64,000 bases of DNA from Octopus bimaculoides. Its lineage: Eukaryota. A model generated the notes under the pieces. It made no database searches. It saw only the letters and a program-made list of their open reading frames with translations, and was not told the origin of the DNA. This document shows positions 12,833 through 24,266 of the stretch, one piece after another. Each line of letters begins with the position of its first letter. The first letter of the stretch is position 1. Both the position numbers and the translations under genes were made by a program. The stretch covers positions 29,336,753-29,400,752 of the forward strand of contig NC_068995.1 of assembly GCF_001194135.2 (NCBI RefSeq). The letters are read 5' to 3'.

Positions 12833-14779
12833 ATTCATTTCATGTTACCTTCTTCTCTTCCTCCTGTATATTTGACTTTCCTTCCTTGCATTTTCGCACT
12901 TTGTCTTTCACCTTTCCAGAGTCAAAAGTGCAAGTCAACTACATGCATCGATACCGCTCTTTCTTCCTTTCTTCCTCTTTTTCTTCCTTCTTCCCTCCTT
13001 CCTCCTCCCTTCCTCCCTCCCTTGCTTTCTCCTTTTCTCTACGTATGTTAGTGTGTACGTTTGGCAGTGTGTGTGCAGCGCAAGCATGTGTGTCCCTGTT
13101 GATTGTTCTCGGAATCGGCTAGCTCGCTCCGTAAGAATGGTTATGGGAGACCACTCCTTTTCTTCAGAAATGGAAACCGTTGAGCGAGGGCCTATCCCCA
13201 CTACATAGAAAAACCGTTTTGCTACTACAACCATGCAATAACCGAATTACTGTAGAACTGCGGAGAACAGGGATGAAGAGAGTAACTGACATCAAATGGT
13301 TTGTAAATGCTTGTATTATTGTCTTTTAAACCCAGGTCAACTTTGGTCGAGTGGATCCATGATTACATTCAAGCCGTGACCATCTCGTCTTTTCCGGCAG
13401 TTCATTTGAGACATTAAATATGTTCATTATTAAATGAAATTTGAGGGTAGCCTGGCTACTATTTCTAGGAGACTAAACGACCATTGAAAGGCTTTCTCAT
13501 ATATGTGTGTGTTTATGTGTGCATGTATGGTGTGTGTATGCGTGTGTGTTTATGAAGAAGTATGTGTATGGGTATTTAAAAGGAAATGTATATTTATGCT
13601 CATGTGTTATTTGTATACGTGGGGGTGGTGTATGCGCGTAACAGTATGTGTATGTGCGCGTGTGTGAACATGTGAATGCAATTTTGTGTCTATATGTATT
13701 TGCTTAAGTGTATATGCGTTTATGTATATTTGTTCGAGAGTCGTCTGCAATTGAATTCCTAAATATAAATGTTGACAGAATTCTTGCCATTGCATATTTG
13801 TTTCCCTTTCGTTTAGAATAAAATATAAACAATAACAACTAAATATAGCAACAATATTAATAAAAACAAAAAAGATAAGTAACAACAGTTACTGAACAAC
13901 AGCAACGGAATCATTTTCAAAGACATATTGTTGACAGTTGAACATGAAGATGAATAAAACATGTACAAGTGGTGTCTTCTAGTAATGTAAAAGAGAGAGA
14001 GGGGAGAAGAGAGAGTAATATAGGAAAGAGAAAGACAGAATGAAAATGTAAGAGAAAGAAAGGAAGAGGAGTGAGCGTGGAGAAAAGGATATAAAAAGAG
14101 AAAGAATGAGTCAGAAATAGTCTAAAAGAGAGACAGAAAAAGTGAAAGGAGAAAAAGACTGATAGAAGGAGAAAGGAAGATTCGGCTAAGAGAGACAGAG
14201 ACAGAGGCAGAGAGATAGAGAGATAGAGAGACAGAGACAGAGGAAGAAACAGAGGGGGAGAGACGACTGGGTATTTTCTCGCCATCATTCGGTCATCTCC
14301 GCCTCCGATATCCGTGATGTCTTTCACCTCTTTGTCCCATTACCACCCTTTTTTTATAAGGCAAACCGAAGGAATGTTGCTCGCAGCCATATTTTTTAAC
14401 TCGACTCTAAAAGAATTCTTCTATGTTACATCTCTTTTACAATTCGTTCTTTTTCTCTTTTTTTTATGAGTCGTTATTTTTTCATCGTCTTGTCTTTGCC
14501 TTTTCTTTTTCTTCCTTTCCGTTTATTCCATATATTTCCCTTGGTTATTTTAGATTTTTTTTCCTTTCAAAATACTTTTTTTTATCTTTCTTTTTTTTCG
14601 ATTTTCAAAATATTTACTTTCACTTCCTCACTTCTAAAAAGAAACTCACGCAATTCCCGCTCTTCACCTTCTCTGCTCCACTGCTTAAATAACCTTCAAT
14701 CAGAACGTGTCTCTTTCATTTTGCTAATGGATTCCTTTCTCTGGTTTTCTATTTATTTGTGTACTTATATTCGTTGCTT

Positions 14780-14816
<37 letters not shown>

Positions 14817-14984
14817 CGTTGAAATTGCTGATAATGATGACTGATGTTGATGGGAATTGGTGATGATGATGATGATGATAAAGATGATATATAATTGATG
14901 GTAATAAAGATGATGATTGATGACAATAGGGATTATTGTTGTTGTTGTTGCTCTTACTGGTCTTATTATTAGCCCACCAGTGTT

Positions 14985-16260
14985 TATGAAATAAAGAGCC
15001 AGTCAAATACTGGAGTCGATGTAATTGACTAACCCCTACCGTCTCTATATTTCAAGCCTTGTGCCTATCTTAGAAACTATTCTATAGGGGGTAGATTGGC
15101 AGAATCGTTTGAGTTGGCCACAATGACTTGCAGTAATTCTTTTGACTCTTTACTTTCTGATTTCAAATACTGTCAGTTTTGCATTCCATCCTTCCGGGTC
15201 GGTACCAGTCAAATAGTGGGGTTGATGGTATCGACTAAACCCCTACCCTCAAAATTGCTGGCGCTGTCCCTAAACATTTGAAGCTGGTGGGTTGATAGAA
15301 TCTTTAGTATTTCGGAAAATATTCCTCACGTTATTTCTTCCAACTGTTTACGTCTTGAGTTCAAATTCCACCGGGGTCGACATTACCTTTCAGGACCAAT
15401 AAAATAGTACCAGTCGGGTACTGTGACCGATGTAATCGACTAACCACTTCCCCACAAAATTTCAGGCCTTCTGCCTATAGCCGAAAGGAATATTAAGATG
15501 GCAAGCTGACAGAATCGTTAGCACACACCAGACAAAATGCTTAGCGGCATTTCATTCGTCTGAGTTCTAATTCTGTCGAAGTCGACTTTGTCTTTCATCC
15601 TTTTGAAGTCGATGAAATAAGTACCAGTAGGCCTTGTGCCTTTAGTAAAAAGGATTGTTATTATTACTGGGAAATGAATTGTTAGAATCGTTTGAGCAAC
15701 GGAAAACATGCCTTGCGGTATTTGGTCCAGCTCTTTACGTTCTAGTTTCTAATCCCATTGATGTCAACTTTGCCCGTCATCCCTGGGTACTAGGGCCGAT
15801 GGCAAGGACTAAACCCGTTCAAAAATGTGGTCGTTGTAGCTAATGTTATATAGTCACATTTAGAATTATTAAGGCGTGGTATTCGCAGAAAATACTTCGT
15901 CAGAAAATGCTTCGAGGTATTTGTCTCGGATCTTGAAATACCGCCGAAGTCAACTTCTTTAATCTTATCAGAGTCGATAAAATAAAGTATAATCAAGTAT
16001 TCAATACCTTCTCCCAAAATTGCTGGTTTTTGTCGGCTTAATTTCATTGTGACTTCACTGCACAAAGCTCTGAGTATAGAGTATTTTGATTTTGTATTTT
16101 TCCATTGTTTTGAACGAATTCTACGAGTAGTGCTATTTTCTGTATGTTATATACACCGGCTCTCTGCACTCTGAGTTCAAATCGCGATTAAATCATTTTT
16201 GCTCTTCATTTTCATGGGAGATCTGTAAATAATTCCTGGGTTTAGTACGGAATTAGATTC
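14985..16260 (+). mobile_element. Head-to-tail cluster of about 6-7 diverged SINE family A copies
   Basis: Recurring motifs cagaatcgttagc, gagttcaaattc, gtcgactttg, agtaccagt, gtcgatgtaatcgact and ggccttgtgcc starting near 14985, 15088, 15283, 15497, 15667, 15870 and 16150. Confidence 0.8.
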
Positions 16261-17729
16261 TTCTCTCCCTTATTCTTCCTTCTCTCTCTCTCTCTCTCCC
16301 TCTCTGTCTCTGTTTCACTCATCCTTTCCTGACTGTATTACTAGATACATATTACTGCACGACTGTGTTAGTAAACACAACTCTGTAGCGAGCCATAAAT
16401 AATACCCTCTAAATTCCAGGCGTGTTTCCAAAACAGATAGGATGAAAGGGAACCTTTTACTAAGCAGGTAGACGACACCCATCAAACAATCTTTCAACCC
16501 AAACGTTGTCAGTGTGAAGTGTGTACTTTGATGTTAATAATGAAGGATCGTTTCGGTGCTTCAAAGTATAATGATAGCACATGCTCTCATTAGCATGACT
16601 ACCTTGAAACGGTTGTCTCAGTCAGAAAGTCTAGCGGTCTTGTTGTCAGAGGAGAACAGCAAGAAAGGATGACAGAGGATGGGGGCAACCTCCTCCCCGT
16701 CCTCTGTCATGCACAAATAGTTGGTGCATAAGGTTGGTTGAGTGACGCTGTCGACAATGACGAGAAAAAGAAAAAAGGAAGAGGAAATAAAGAGAAAAAA
16801 GAAAACGGAAACGGTGAAAGTAGAAAGAAAGAAAAAAACGAAGATAAACTGGAGGGAATATGGAGAGGCAAGAGCAGGAGTTGGATATGAAAATGAAAAC
16901 AACAAACATTGGCGCAACAAACACTGATGATGATGAATATGATGATGATGATAATGATGATGAGGAGGATGTTTACGACGACGACGACGATGACGGTGAT
17001 GGGGCGGGGTGGCTTTGTGAAAGGAGTGTTTACTTGATGCCATTTAAAAACTGCAAACAGTAACTACTATCACTCCTGCAATGTTATTGCTGCTGCTGCT
17101 GCTGCTGCTACTACTACTACTACGACTACTACTATGAAAACAATGGAAAGAAACATTAACCAGCAAAATAATGAAGGTAAAAGAGTGATCGAGAAATCTT
17201 TCCTATTTTATTGTTCTCATATATGTATATATANNNNNNNNNNNNNNNNNNNNNNNNNNNNNNNNNNNNNNNNNNNNNNNNNNNNNNNNNNNNNNNNNNN
17301 NNNNNNNNNNNNNNNNNNNNNNNNNNNNNNNNNNNNNNNNNNNNNNNNNNNNNNNNNNNNNNNNNNNNNNNNNNNNNNNNNNNNNNNNNNNNNNNNNNNN
17401 NNNNNNNNNNNNNNNNNNNNNNNNNNNNNNNNNNNNNNNNNNNNNNNNNNNNNNNNNNNNNNNNNNNNNNNNNNNNNNNNNNNNNNNNNNNNNNNNNNNN
17501 NNNNNNNNNNNNNNNNNNNNNNNNNNNNNNNNNNNNNNNNNNNNNNNNNNNNNNNNNNNNNNNNNNNNNNNNNNNNNNNNNNNNNNNNNNNNNNNNNNNN
17601 NNNNNNNNNNNNNNNNNNNNNNNNNNNNNNNNNNNNNNNNNNNNNNNNNNNNNNNNNNNNNNNNNNNNNNNNNNNGTCGTATTTCGGTAATTTCAACCAA
17701 TCACTGATGTCTATTGAGGTGAAAACAAT

Positions 17730-17910
17730 TACTCCTGTGGCTTCACAACCGATGCTGGTGTGTTTCCGTCCCCGTAACTTAGCGGTTCGGCAAAACAGAC
17801 CGATAGAATAAGTACTAGGCTTACAAAGAATAAGTCCTGGGTTCGATTTGCTCGACTAAAGGCGGTGCTTCAGCATGTTGTCAAATGACTGAAACAAGTA
17901 AAAGAGGGAA

Positions 17911-17912
<2 letters not shown>
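17730..17912 (+). mobile_element. SINE family B, 3' part
   Basis: cacaaccgatgctggtgtgtttccgtcccgtaacttagcggttcggcaaa...aatgactgaaacaagtaaaagag is the reverse complement of the left part of 33770-34205. Confidence 0.85.
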
Positions 17913-17945
<33 letters not shown>

Positions 17946-17946
<1 letters not shown>

Positions 17947-18840
17947 GAGGTCTGATCAATAAGTATCCAGATTGTTGTTATAGTAACGAAGCTAAAGTAT
18001 GCAGAGTGAAGCTGCTTGGCATAGATTGATCTTGGACGCTACTGTGCATGCACACTCAGTTTTAACGTTTTACTTTACTTCCACTGTTTAGAGCAGTGCT
18101 TGGAAGGAACGTGTGTAGCGTGTGATCGTCACATTGACCATGACAGAGAAAGTTTTCATGGCGATACCTGCTCAGAGGCCTTCGCAAAGTTGCAAAAAGT
18201 GTATGGAGAGGAGTGTGTGAGCCGCACACAAGTGTGTGAGTGGTTCAGACGTTCCCAAGTTGGCCGAAAAAATGTCGATATTGCCGAACGTTCTGGGAGA
18301 CCCGCAACCAGCAGAGCTGAGAAAAATATCGTAAATGTGCATGTAACTGTGAGGGGAAATCGTTGAATCACCAACTGTGAGTTATCAGATGTGCAGATTA
18401 GTTACGGCTTAGTTCAGTCCATTATCACTGAAGATTCAGGTATGAGACGTGTGTCTGCCAAGTTTGTACCAAAACTGCTTTCAGCTGACCAAAACGACAC
18501 GCGGATTTCAGTTGCACAAGATCTCCTTGATTGTGTCGAGAACGATGAAAACTTTTTGAAAACTTTGGGTAGGCCGCTGAGCAGGTATCGCCAAGCTTTT
18601 GGCAAAATTTGATGCAGATTCTCTGCTCAGCTTTCTTTGTCATGGTCAATGCGATGATCACACGCTACACACCTTTCTTCCAAGTACTGCTGTAAACAGT
18701 GGATGTGAAGTAGGACGTTAAAACTTGGTGCGCATGCACAGCAGATTTCAAAGGTCAATCTGTGCCAAGCGGCTTCACTCTGAGTGCTTTAACCTCGTTA
18801 CTATGACAACAGTCCCGATGCTTATTGATTAGACCATTGC
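17946..18840 (+). mobile_element. Non-autonomous mariner derivative with long TIRs (two left ends)
   Basis: TIR cgaggtctgatcaataag... versus ...cttattgattagacc. Transposase N-terminus CSEAFAKLQKVYGEECVSRTQVCEWFRR...RSGRPATS...MRRVSAKFVPKLLSADQ on +, and an inverted start MTKKAEQRICIKFCQKLG on -. Confidence 0.85.
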
Positions 18841-19322
18841 TACACGTTAGAGAAGAATCAGAATAAGAATAAGAGATGGTGGTTGGAAGAAAAAGAAGTA
18901 GTAGAAAGGAGGAAAAAGAGAGTGAGAGAGAAAAATAGATATAGAAAAGATAGAAAAACAGAGAGGGTTTAACTGTGTTCAGTAAAGCATCATAGGATAA
19001 GGAAAAATGGGGGATGAAAAGAAAAGGAAGAAATATTCAGGAAAAGATACATCTAAACTTTATGCATAAAAGCCAAGCCTGCGAACGCACACATGAAATA
19101 TACATACATACTCACTTAAGCAAATACATATATACAATAGTAGCACAAATGTAAAAGCACATATATATATATATATATATANNNNNNNNNNTGAGCCTTC
19201 AAGGCCATTGACCCTTGAAATCTTGTACCTTCATCAGAAGTCTTGTACCATGTTTTGTATTTTTTTTTGAGGCTCAAGATTTTTCATACACCCCTCGTAT
19301 ACACACACATACAAACACACAA

Positions 19323-19356
<34 letters not shown>

Positions 19357-19360
19357 ACCC

Positions 19361-19393
<33 letters not shown>

Positions 19394-19599
19394 AACCAAG
19401 AAAGAGAGGACAAATCTCAGAGGCCAGTGTTCTCAATCACTCAATATATTTCACAGCATCGGAATACTTCACAGCATACATAGGTGCACTCATATATATA
19501 TGATATAATATAAAAATATACAAATGTATAAATATATAAATGATATATGTACTTGCTTATGAGGTTGTATATCCGTATTAGAAATCAATGAGGATATTA

Positions 19600-21870
19600 A
19601 AAGATGCACATGGTGAATTTAAAGCAGTAATCCAAATAGATGAAATGGTGATATATGATGATTTTAAGAAGAATCTTCAGCAGGTGCAAAGTCTTACAGC
19701 CGTTTCGAGAATGTGTAGGTTGAGATAGGCAAATATTTCCAACCATAACAATCATCCACATTTCTCTCATCAGAGCTAATTTAAGAGAATTTACAAAAGA
19801 GCTTTTTTTATCTTTAAAAAACAAGAATTTTTAAAGAATTTTAAAATTCGAATGCTGTATCGAAAGAACATACTGTTCAGGCAAATGATATATAATAAGA
19901 TCTGAGTTTACACGTTTAAATAGATTATAAAACTATTGATAACAGTGTTTTAAGATGAATCCAAATGCACAATGGTAAATAGGTTAAAATCATAAACTAA
20001 TTATTTTTGGAAAAAAATTTAAACGTTGATAAATATTTATGTCTACAGAGAATTTTACATCTGAAATCTTATCAAGTAAATTTTTTTAACAGTACGGAGT
20101 ATATTGATTGATTCTTTTCGGCATTATTTACAATGTCTAGTGTGTGTATTGTATGGTGTGATTTTCGTTATAATGGACCAATCCAGACTGAATTTTTTAT
20201 TACGCATTTTTCATTTATTAATGTGGGTAGCTAGTGCGGTTGAGTTTTTTTTTTTTGTTTCTTGATTAATAAATGAATTTGTGTGCTCCCTATATCTAGT
20301 CTTAAAATTAGTCGTGCTTTCTATGTATACCTTCTTAGATTCATTGAGAGTTGTAACCTCAACTTTATACACGACATTTCTCCTTAAACAGAATCCCTTT
20401 AAAGGACATAAATTCCAGTCATGGCAATTACATGTTTTATTTCCATGCTTTGCCTTTGTATTTTTATCCATTAACTTATTGTTATTCATATTGAGGCCAG
20501 CTATATTGTCATCTCTATCAATACCATTATTCCTTAGTTTTAATCTATTATTGGTCGCAGTTATAGATCCTAGATTAGGCATAGGTTAGTACGATAATCT
20601 AAAGCAGGATCTATTAAAGATGGGATGATATTTTTGGCCTAATGGGAAATTCCTGTCAATAATCCTGAAAAATAATTTAGGGAGATTACTGACTTGGGGA
20701 AAAAGGTGGGGTGAACCAAATAATTTCTCGTTTCCTCAACGAATTGTTCCTAATCTGCCCAGTATAATAATTATTATTATAATTAAATGAATTACAGAGT
20801 CTTCTATTATGGTGGCGATCCTGATGCTCGGGAGGGTCGTTCACAGAAGGGGTATCAATGTCTAATTTTGCAAGATTTGGGAAAAGTTTACCTAATTTAT
20901 TTTTCAATCGTGTATTCTTAATATAATATATCTTCCTATTGAATCCACTGTCTTTCAATACTGTATTTTAAAAGGGTGCAAAGTTATAAAAAATATTTTC
21001 ATTTCCATATAAGTTAGAAATTTTTATCGACGCCCCTTTGACCACCTCATTAATAACATTTTGAGGATGACTGGACAAGGGGTGTATATATTCAATGGTT
21101 TTATTAGGCTTATGGTAAGAATAAAATAAGCCATTGTCTTAATTTAATGTTACGTCCAAAAGATTAACACGTTTAGCGATGTTTTCAAATAGAATGTCTA
21201 AGTTATATATCTTAAAAAATGTTATTAGTCTTTTCCTTATCCTATCAATCGCTTGTAAAGAAGTGTCAGAAATAGCTAATAACGCATCATCTCTATACAA
21301 ACATCTGCTGATATTAGGGAATTCTTTCTTAATTTTCGAAAGTAAAAATAGACCAACAATATCAGTGACCTGGACAGAATCCAAAGATCCCATTGTAACA
21401 TCTAAGTCACCTTGAAGGTCACATCGGGTTCAGGTTCTATTTCTGAAAGATATTAGTGTTTTCCTTGCAGTAAAAATATTATCTTTCTCTAAAGGTGTAA
21501 TATCAGTAAAATTCTCAGGAAAAGCAACTACTTTATCAAGCAGGTCCAGCTTAATAGATTGATAGTAATTGCTAATGTCGAATTGGACAAAAATGAGTTT
21601 TCCTTTTATTATTCAGTGAGCAAAACCAAGTTATGACGAACCCCGTAGAAATCTAAAGCGGTAGGTCTACATTTATTTTAATGCAAGTGATGATTCTATC
21701 AATGATAGACTTACTAATTCTGCCCAAGTCAGATTTAGTTGGACAGATTAGCCTAACAGCGGGTTTACTCTCAAAGTTTGCTTTGTGATCCTTAAATCCT
21801 TAAATTACTGCGTATATGATGAAGGGGATCGCTGGCAAGTTATTTTTTAAAAACCGTTAATAGATTTCAC
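19600..21870 (-). mobile_element. Penelope-like element 1 (RT + GIY-YIG), frameshifted
   Basis: FKDHKANFESKPAVRLICPTKSDLGRISK, VQFDISNYYQSI, DVTMGSLDSVQVTDIVGLFLL, LYRDDAL, IIWFTPPFS, CNCHDWNLCPLKGFCLRRNVVYK...VYIESTTNFKTRYREH. A hammerhead lies downstream. Confidence 0.9.
19690..19777 (-). ncRNA. Type I hammerhead ribozyme with long stem II, in the 3' region of PLE-1
   Basis: AGCT-CTGATGA-GAGAAATGTG-(41 nt)-CACATTCTC-GAAAC-GGCT-GTA-AGACT: intact core, 9-bp stem II with one bulge, near-palindromic stem III, GUA triplet. Confidence 0.8.
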
Positions 21871-22029
21871 GTCAAAGGCAATCTAGAGAAAGAGAAGGGG
21901 GAGAAAGAAAGAAATTAACAGAAAATTAACAGTGTGATAGATGAATGGGAATAAAACTTAAAAGCCTGGAAATAGATATATGTAGTGGAAATGAAATGCA
22001 AGAAGACAGTTAATGGTCGAATTTTATAG

Positions 22030-22995
22030 ATTGGTAGAAATTACTTATAGGAACTAAAGGTATATTTTTGCCAATGTTTGCAACGACAAACGCGTTCTTT
22101 AAACGTGTTTACAAGAGAATTCTCCGAGAACAGGAGATATTGTTCTTCGTTACAGAGCGGATAAAAAGATTTGCCTTTATCATATGGGAAGAATCTAGAT
22201 AGAATATTCCATTCCAAATCAAATTGTTTATTATGTTCCTTTAAAGACCAAATTAATTTACTAAACCCAGTATTGTTGTGTTTATTGATATGTCTAAATG
22301 CAGAGTAATGGTTAGATATTCTTTTCGACAACTCAGATGAAGAACTACCTAAGTAAATAAAGACATCACAACCTGAAGTAATTTTACATTGATAAACAGA
22401 ATTTCTAGTCTTAGAATTACTGCTAAGGAAACGAATACGATTCAAATTTATATCAGAAATACTAATATTGTTGTTATTATTATTCAAAGAATGGTTAGTG
22501 TTAATAATATCAATGTTATTATTTTCATTAAGTGGATTTGTATTTAACAACTTATTGTTATGCGAAGAGATGATTTGTGAAAGGTTTTTGGAGTTTGAAA
22601 ACCTTATTCTAATTCGGCGTGAATTGATAATGGAATAGTATTTTGGGGAAATTCTTATCTATAGCTTCACGAAACTGATAAGGGAAGCTGGATTTGATCT
22701 GCTTACCATATCGAATTATCAACCAAAGTGTTTTATTTGGACATACCTTGTCATTAGGGTATTTATTTTTAAAAGTCCTAGATTTACTTTTATTACGTAT
22801 AAAGGGACTTAAAGAACCGTTATCTCCCTTACACTGCAAAACTACATTTTTCGATTTGGTGTTGTTATTCGAACTAACATCTATATTGTTATTACCGTTA
22901 TGACGTGTTTTCCTGTCCTGATTAACAGAGGTAGAATTAATGTCAATAGGGTTAACATAGGTATTTTTTCTTTATAGCCTACTTTAAGTAAGGCA
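22030..22995 (-). mobile_element. Penelope-like element 2, C-terminal fragment (linker + GIY-YIG)
   Basis: ORF 22041-22550: NSVYQCKITSGCDVFIYLGSSSSELSKRISNHYSAF...LEWNIL...PLCNEEQYLL...CRCKHWQK; upstream FYNSALLKVGYKEK. Confidence 0.85.
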
Positions 22996-23029
22996 GAGTT
23001 ATAAAATTCGGCTTTATCGTCATAGTCCT

Positions 23030-24266
23030 CCAGGCAACAATAGATGAATTCAAGACAGGATGCCCCTAGGAGCTCCTCTATGTTGATGACCTTGCTCTAA
23101 AAGCTGAGTCACTACCAGAACTAGAGATGAAGTTTCAGGTGTGGAATCAAGGCCTGGAATTGAAGGTCTTAGAGTCAATGTAGCAAAAACCAAAGTCTTA
23201 GTAAGTAGGAAGGCAGACAAATCACAAATCCCTTCAGGTAGATGGCCCTGTTCGATCTGTAGAAAGGCGTAGATAGAAACTCCATAAGATGTACACAGTG
23301 TAAGCTATGGACACATAAGAGGTGCCATAATTTCAAAGGAAGGTTAGCTAGGAAGATAGATTTTGTGTGTGGCAAATGCACAGGGGCAATAAATACTGAA
23401 AATGTGCAGAAAACAGCTTCCATCACAGGTTAAGAGAAAAAACTAGTAGTTGATAGCTTCCGTTACCTACGTGTCCAAGTCAGTAGTTGGGGTAGATGCT
23501 CTGAGAGCGTAGCTGCTAGAATAAGGACAACCAGGGCAAAGTTCAGAGAGCTCCTACCTCTGCTGGTAACAAAGGGCCTCTCGCTCAGAGTGAAAGGTTG
23601 ACTGCGAACAGTCATGCAACATGGCAGTGAAGCATGGGCTGTGACTACTGGATGTGCAATGTCAGTCTGCATACACGACAAAGTGTAAGCACCCTGAGAG
23701 AAAGGTTGGACATAAGAAGCATCAGATGTGGTGTACAAGAGAGACGATTGCGCTGGTATGGTCATGTGTTACATATGGATGAGAACAGCTGTGTGAAGAA
23801 GTGTCACACCCTAACAGTGAAGGTAACCTGGATTGAGGTGGTGAAGCACAACCTTTGAACGGTGGGCCTCACGGCGGCAATGACAAGCAACCAAGACCTT
23901 TGGAGATATGCTGTGCTTGAAAAGACCCTGCAAGCCGTGGCCTATGCCAGTGTCACAAAACCGACCCATTTAAGAGCACCCTTCAATCGTCGGGCAATAT
24001 ACTGTGCTTGAGAAGACCTGTTGAGTCAAGTGAAATTCTTGTCGTGGCTGATGCCAGTACCGCCTGACTGGCTCCCGTGCCGGTGGCACACAAAAAACGC
24101 CCACTACACTCTCGGAGTGGTTGGCGTTACGAAGGGCATCCAGCCCTTGCCAGATCAGATTGGAGCCTGGTGCGGCCTCCTGGTTTAACAGCCATCAGTC
24201 AAACCGTCCAACCCATACCCGCACGGAAAGCAGACGTTAAATGATGATGATGATGATGATGATGAT
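23030..24266 (+). mobile_element. 5'-truncated RTE-clade LINE with Cys-rich (PHD-like) insertion and (GAT)n tail
   Basis: ELLYVDDLAL (YVDD at 23079-23090), GLRVNVAKTKV, WPCSICRKGVDRNSIRCTQCKLWTHKRC...FVCGKC, VQERRLRWYGHVLHMDEN; ends gcagacgttaaatgatgatgat. Confidence 0.9.

Noticed and set aside
16539-16597. Minus-strand CATG-CTAATGA...GTGCT/AGCAC...GAAAC-GATC-CTT-CATT
   Set aside because: G5A, broken stem III pair and irregular stem II; possibly an old hammerhead but too decayed to call.
19192-19241. Minus-strand CTGATGA-AGG...CCTT-GAAG-GCTCA
   Set aside because: GAAG instead of GAAA, and stems I and III fall in the N gap; cannot be supported.
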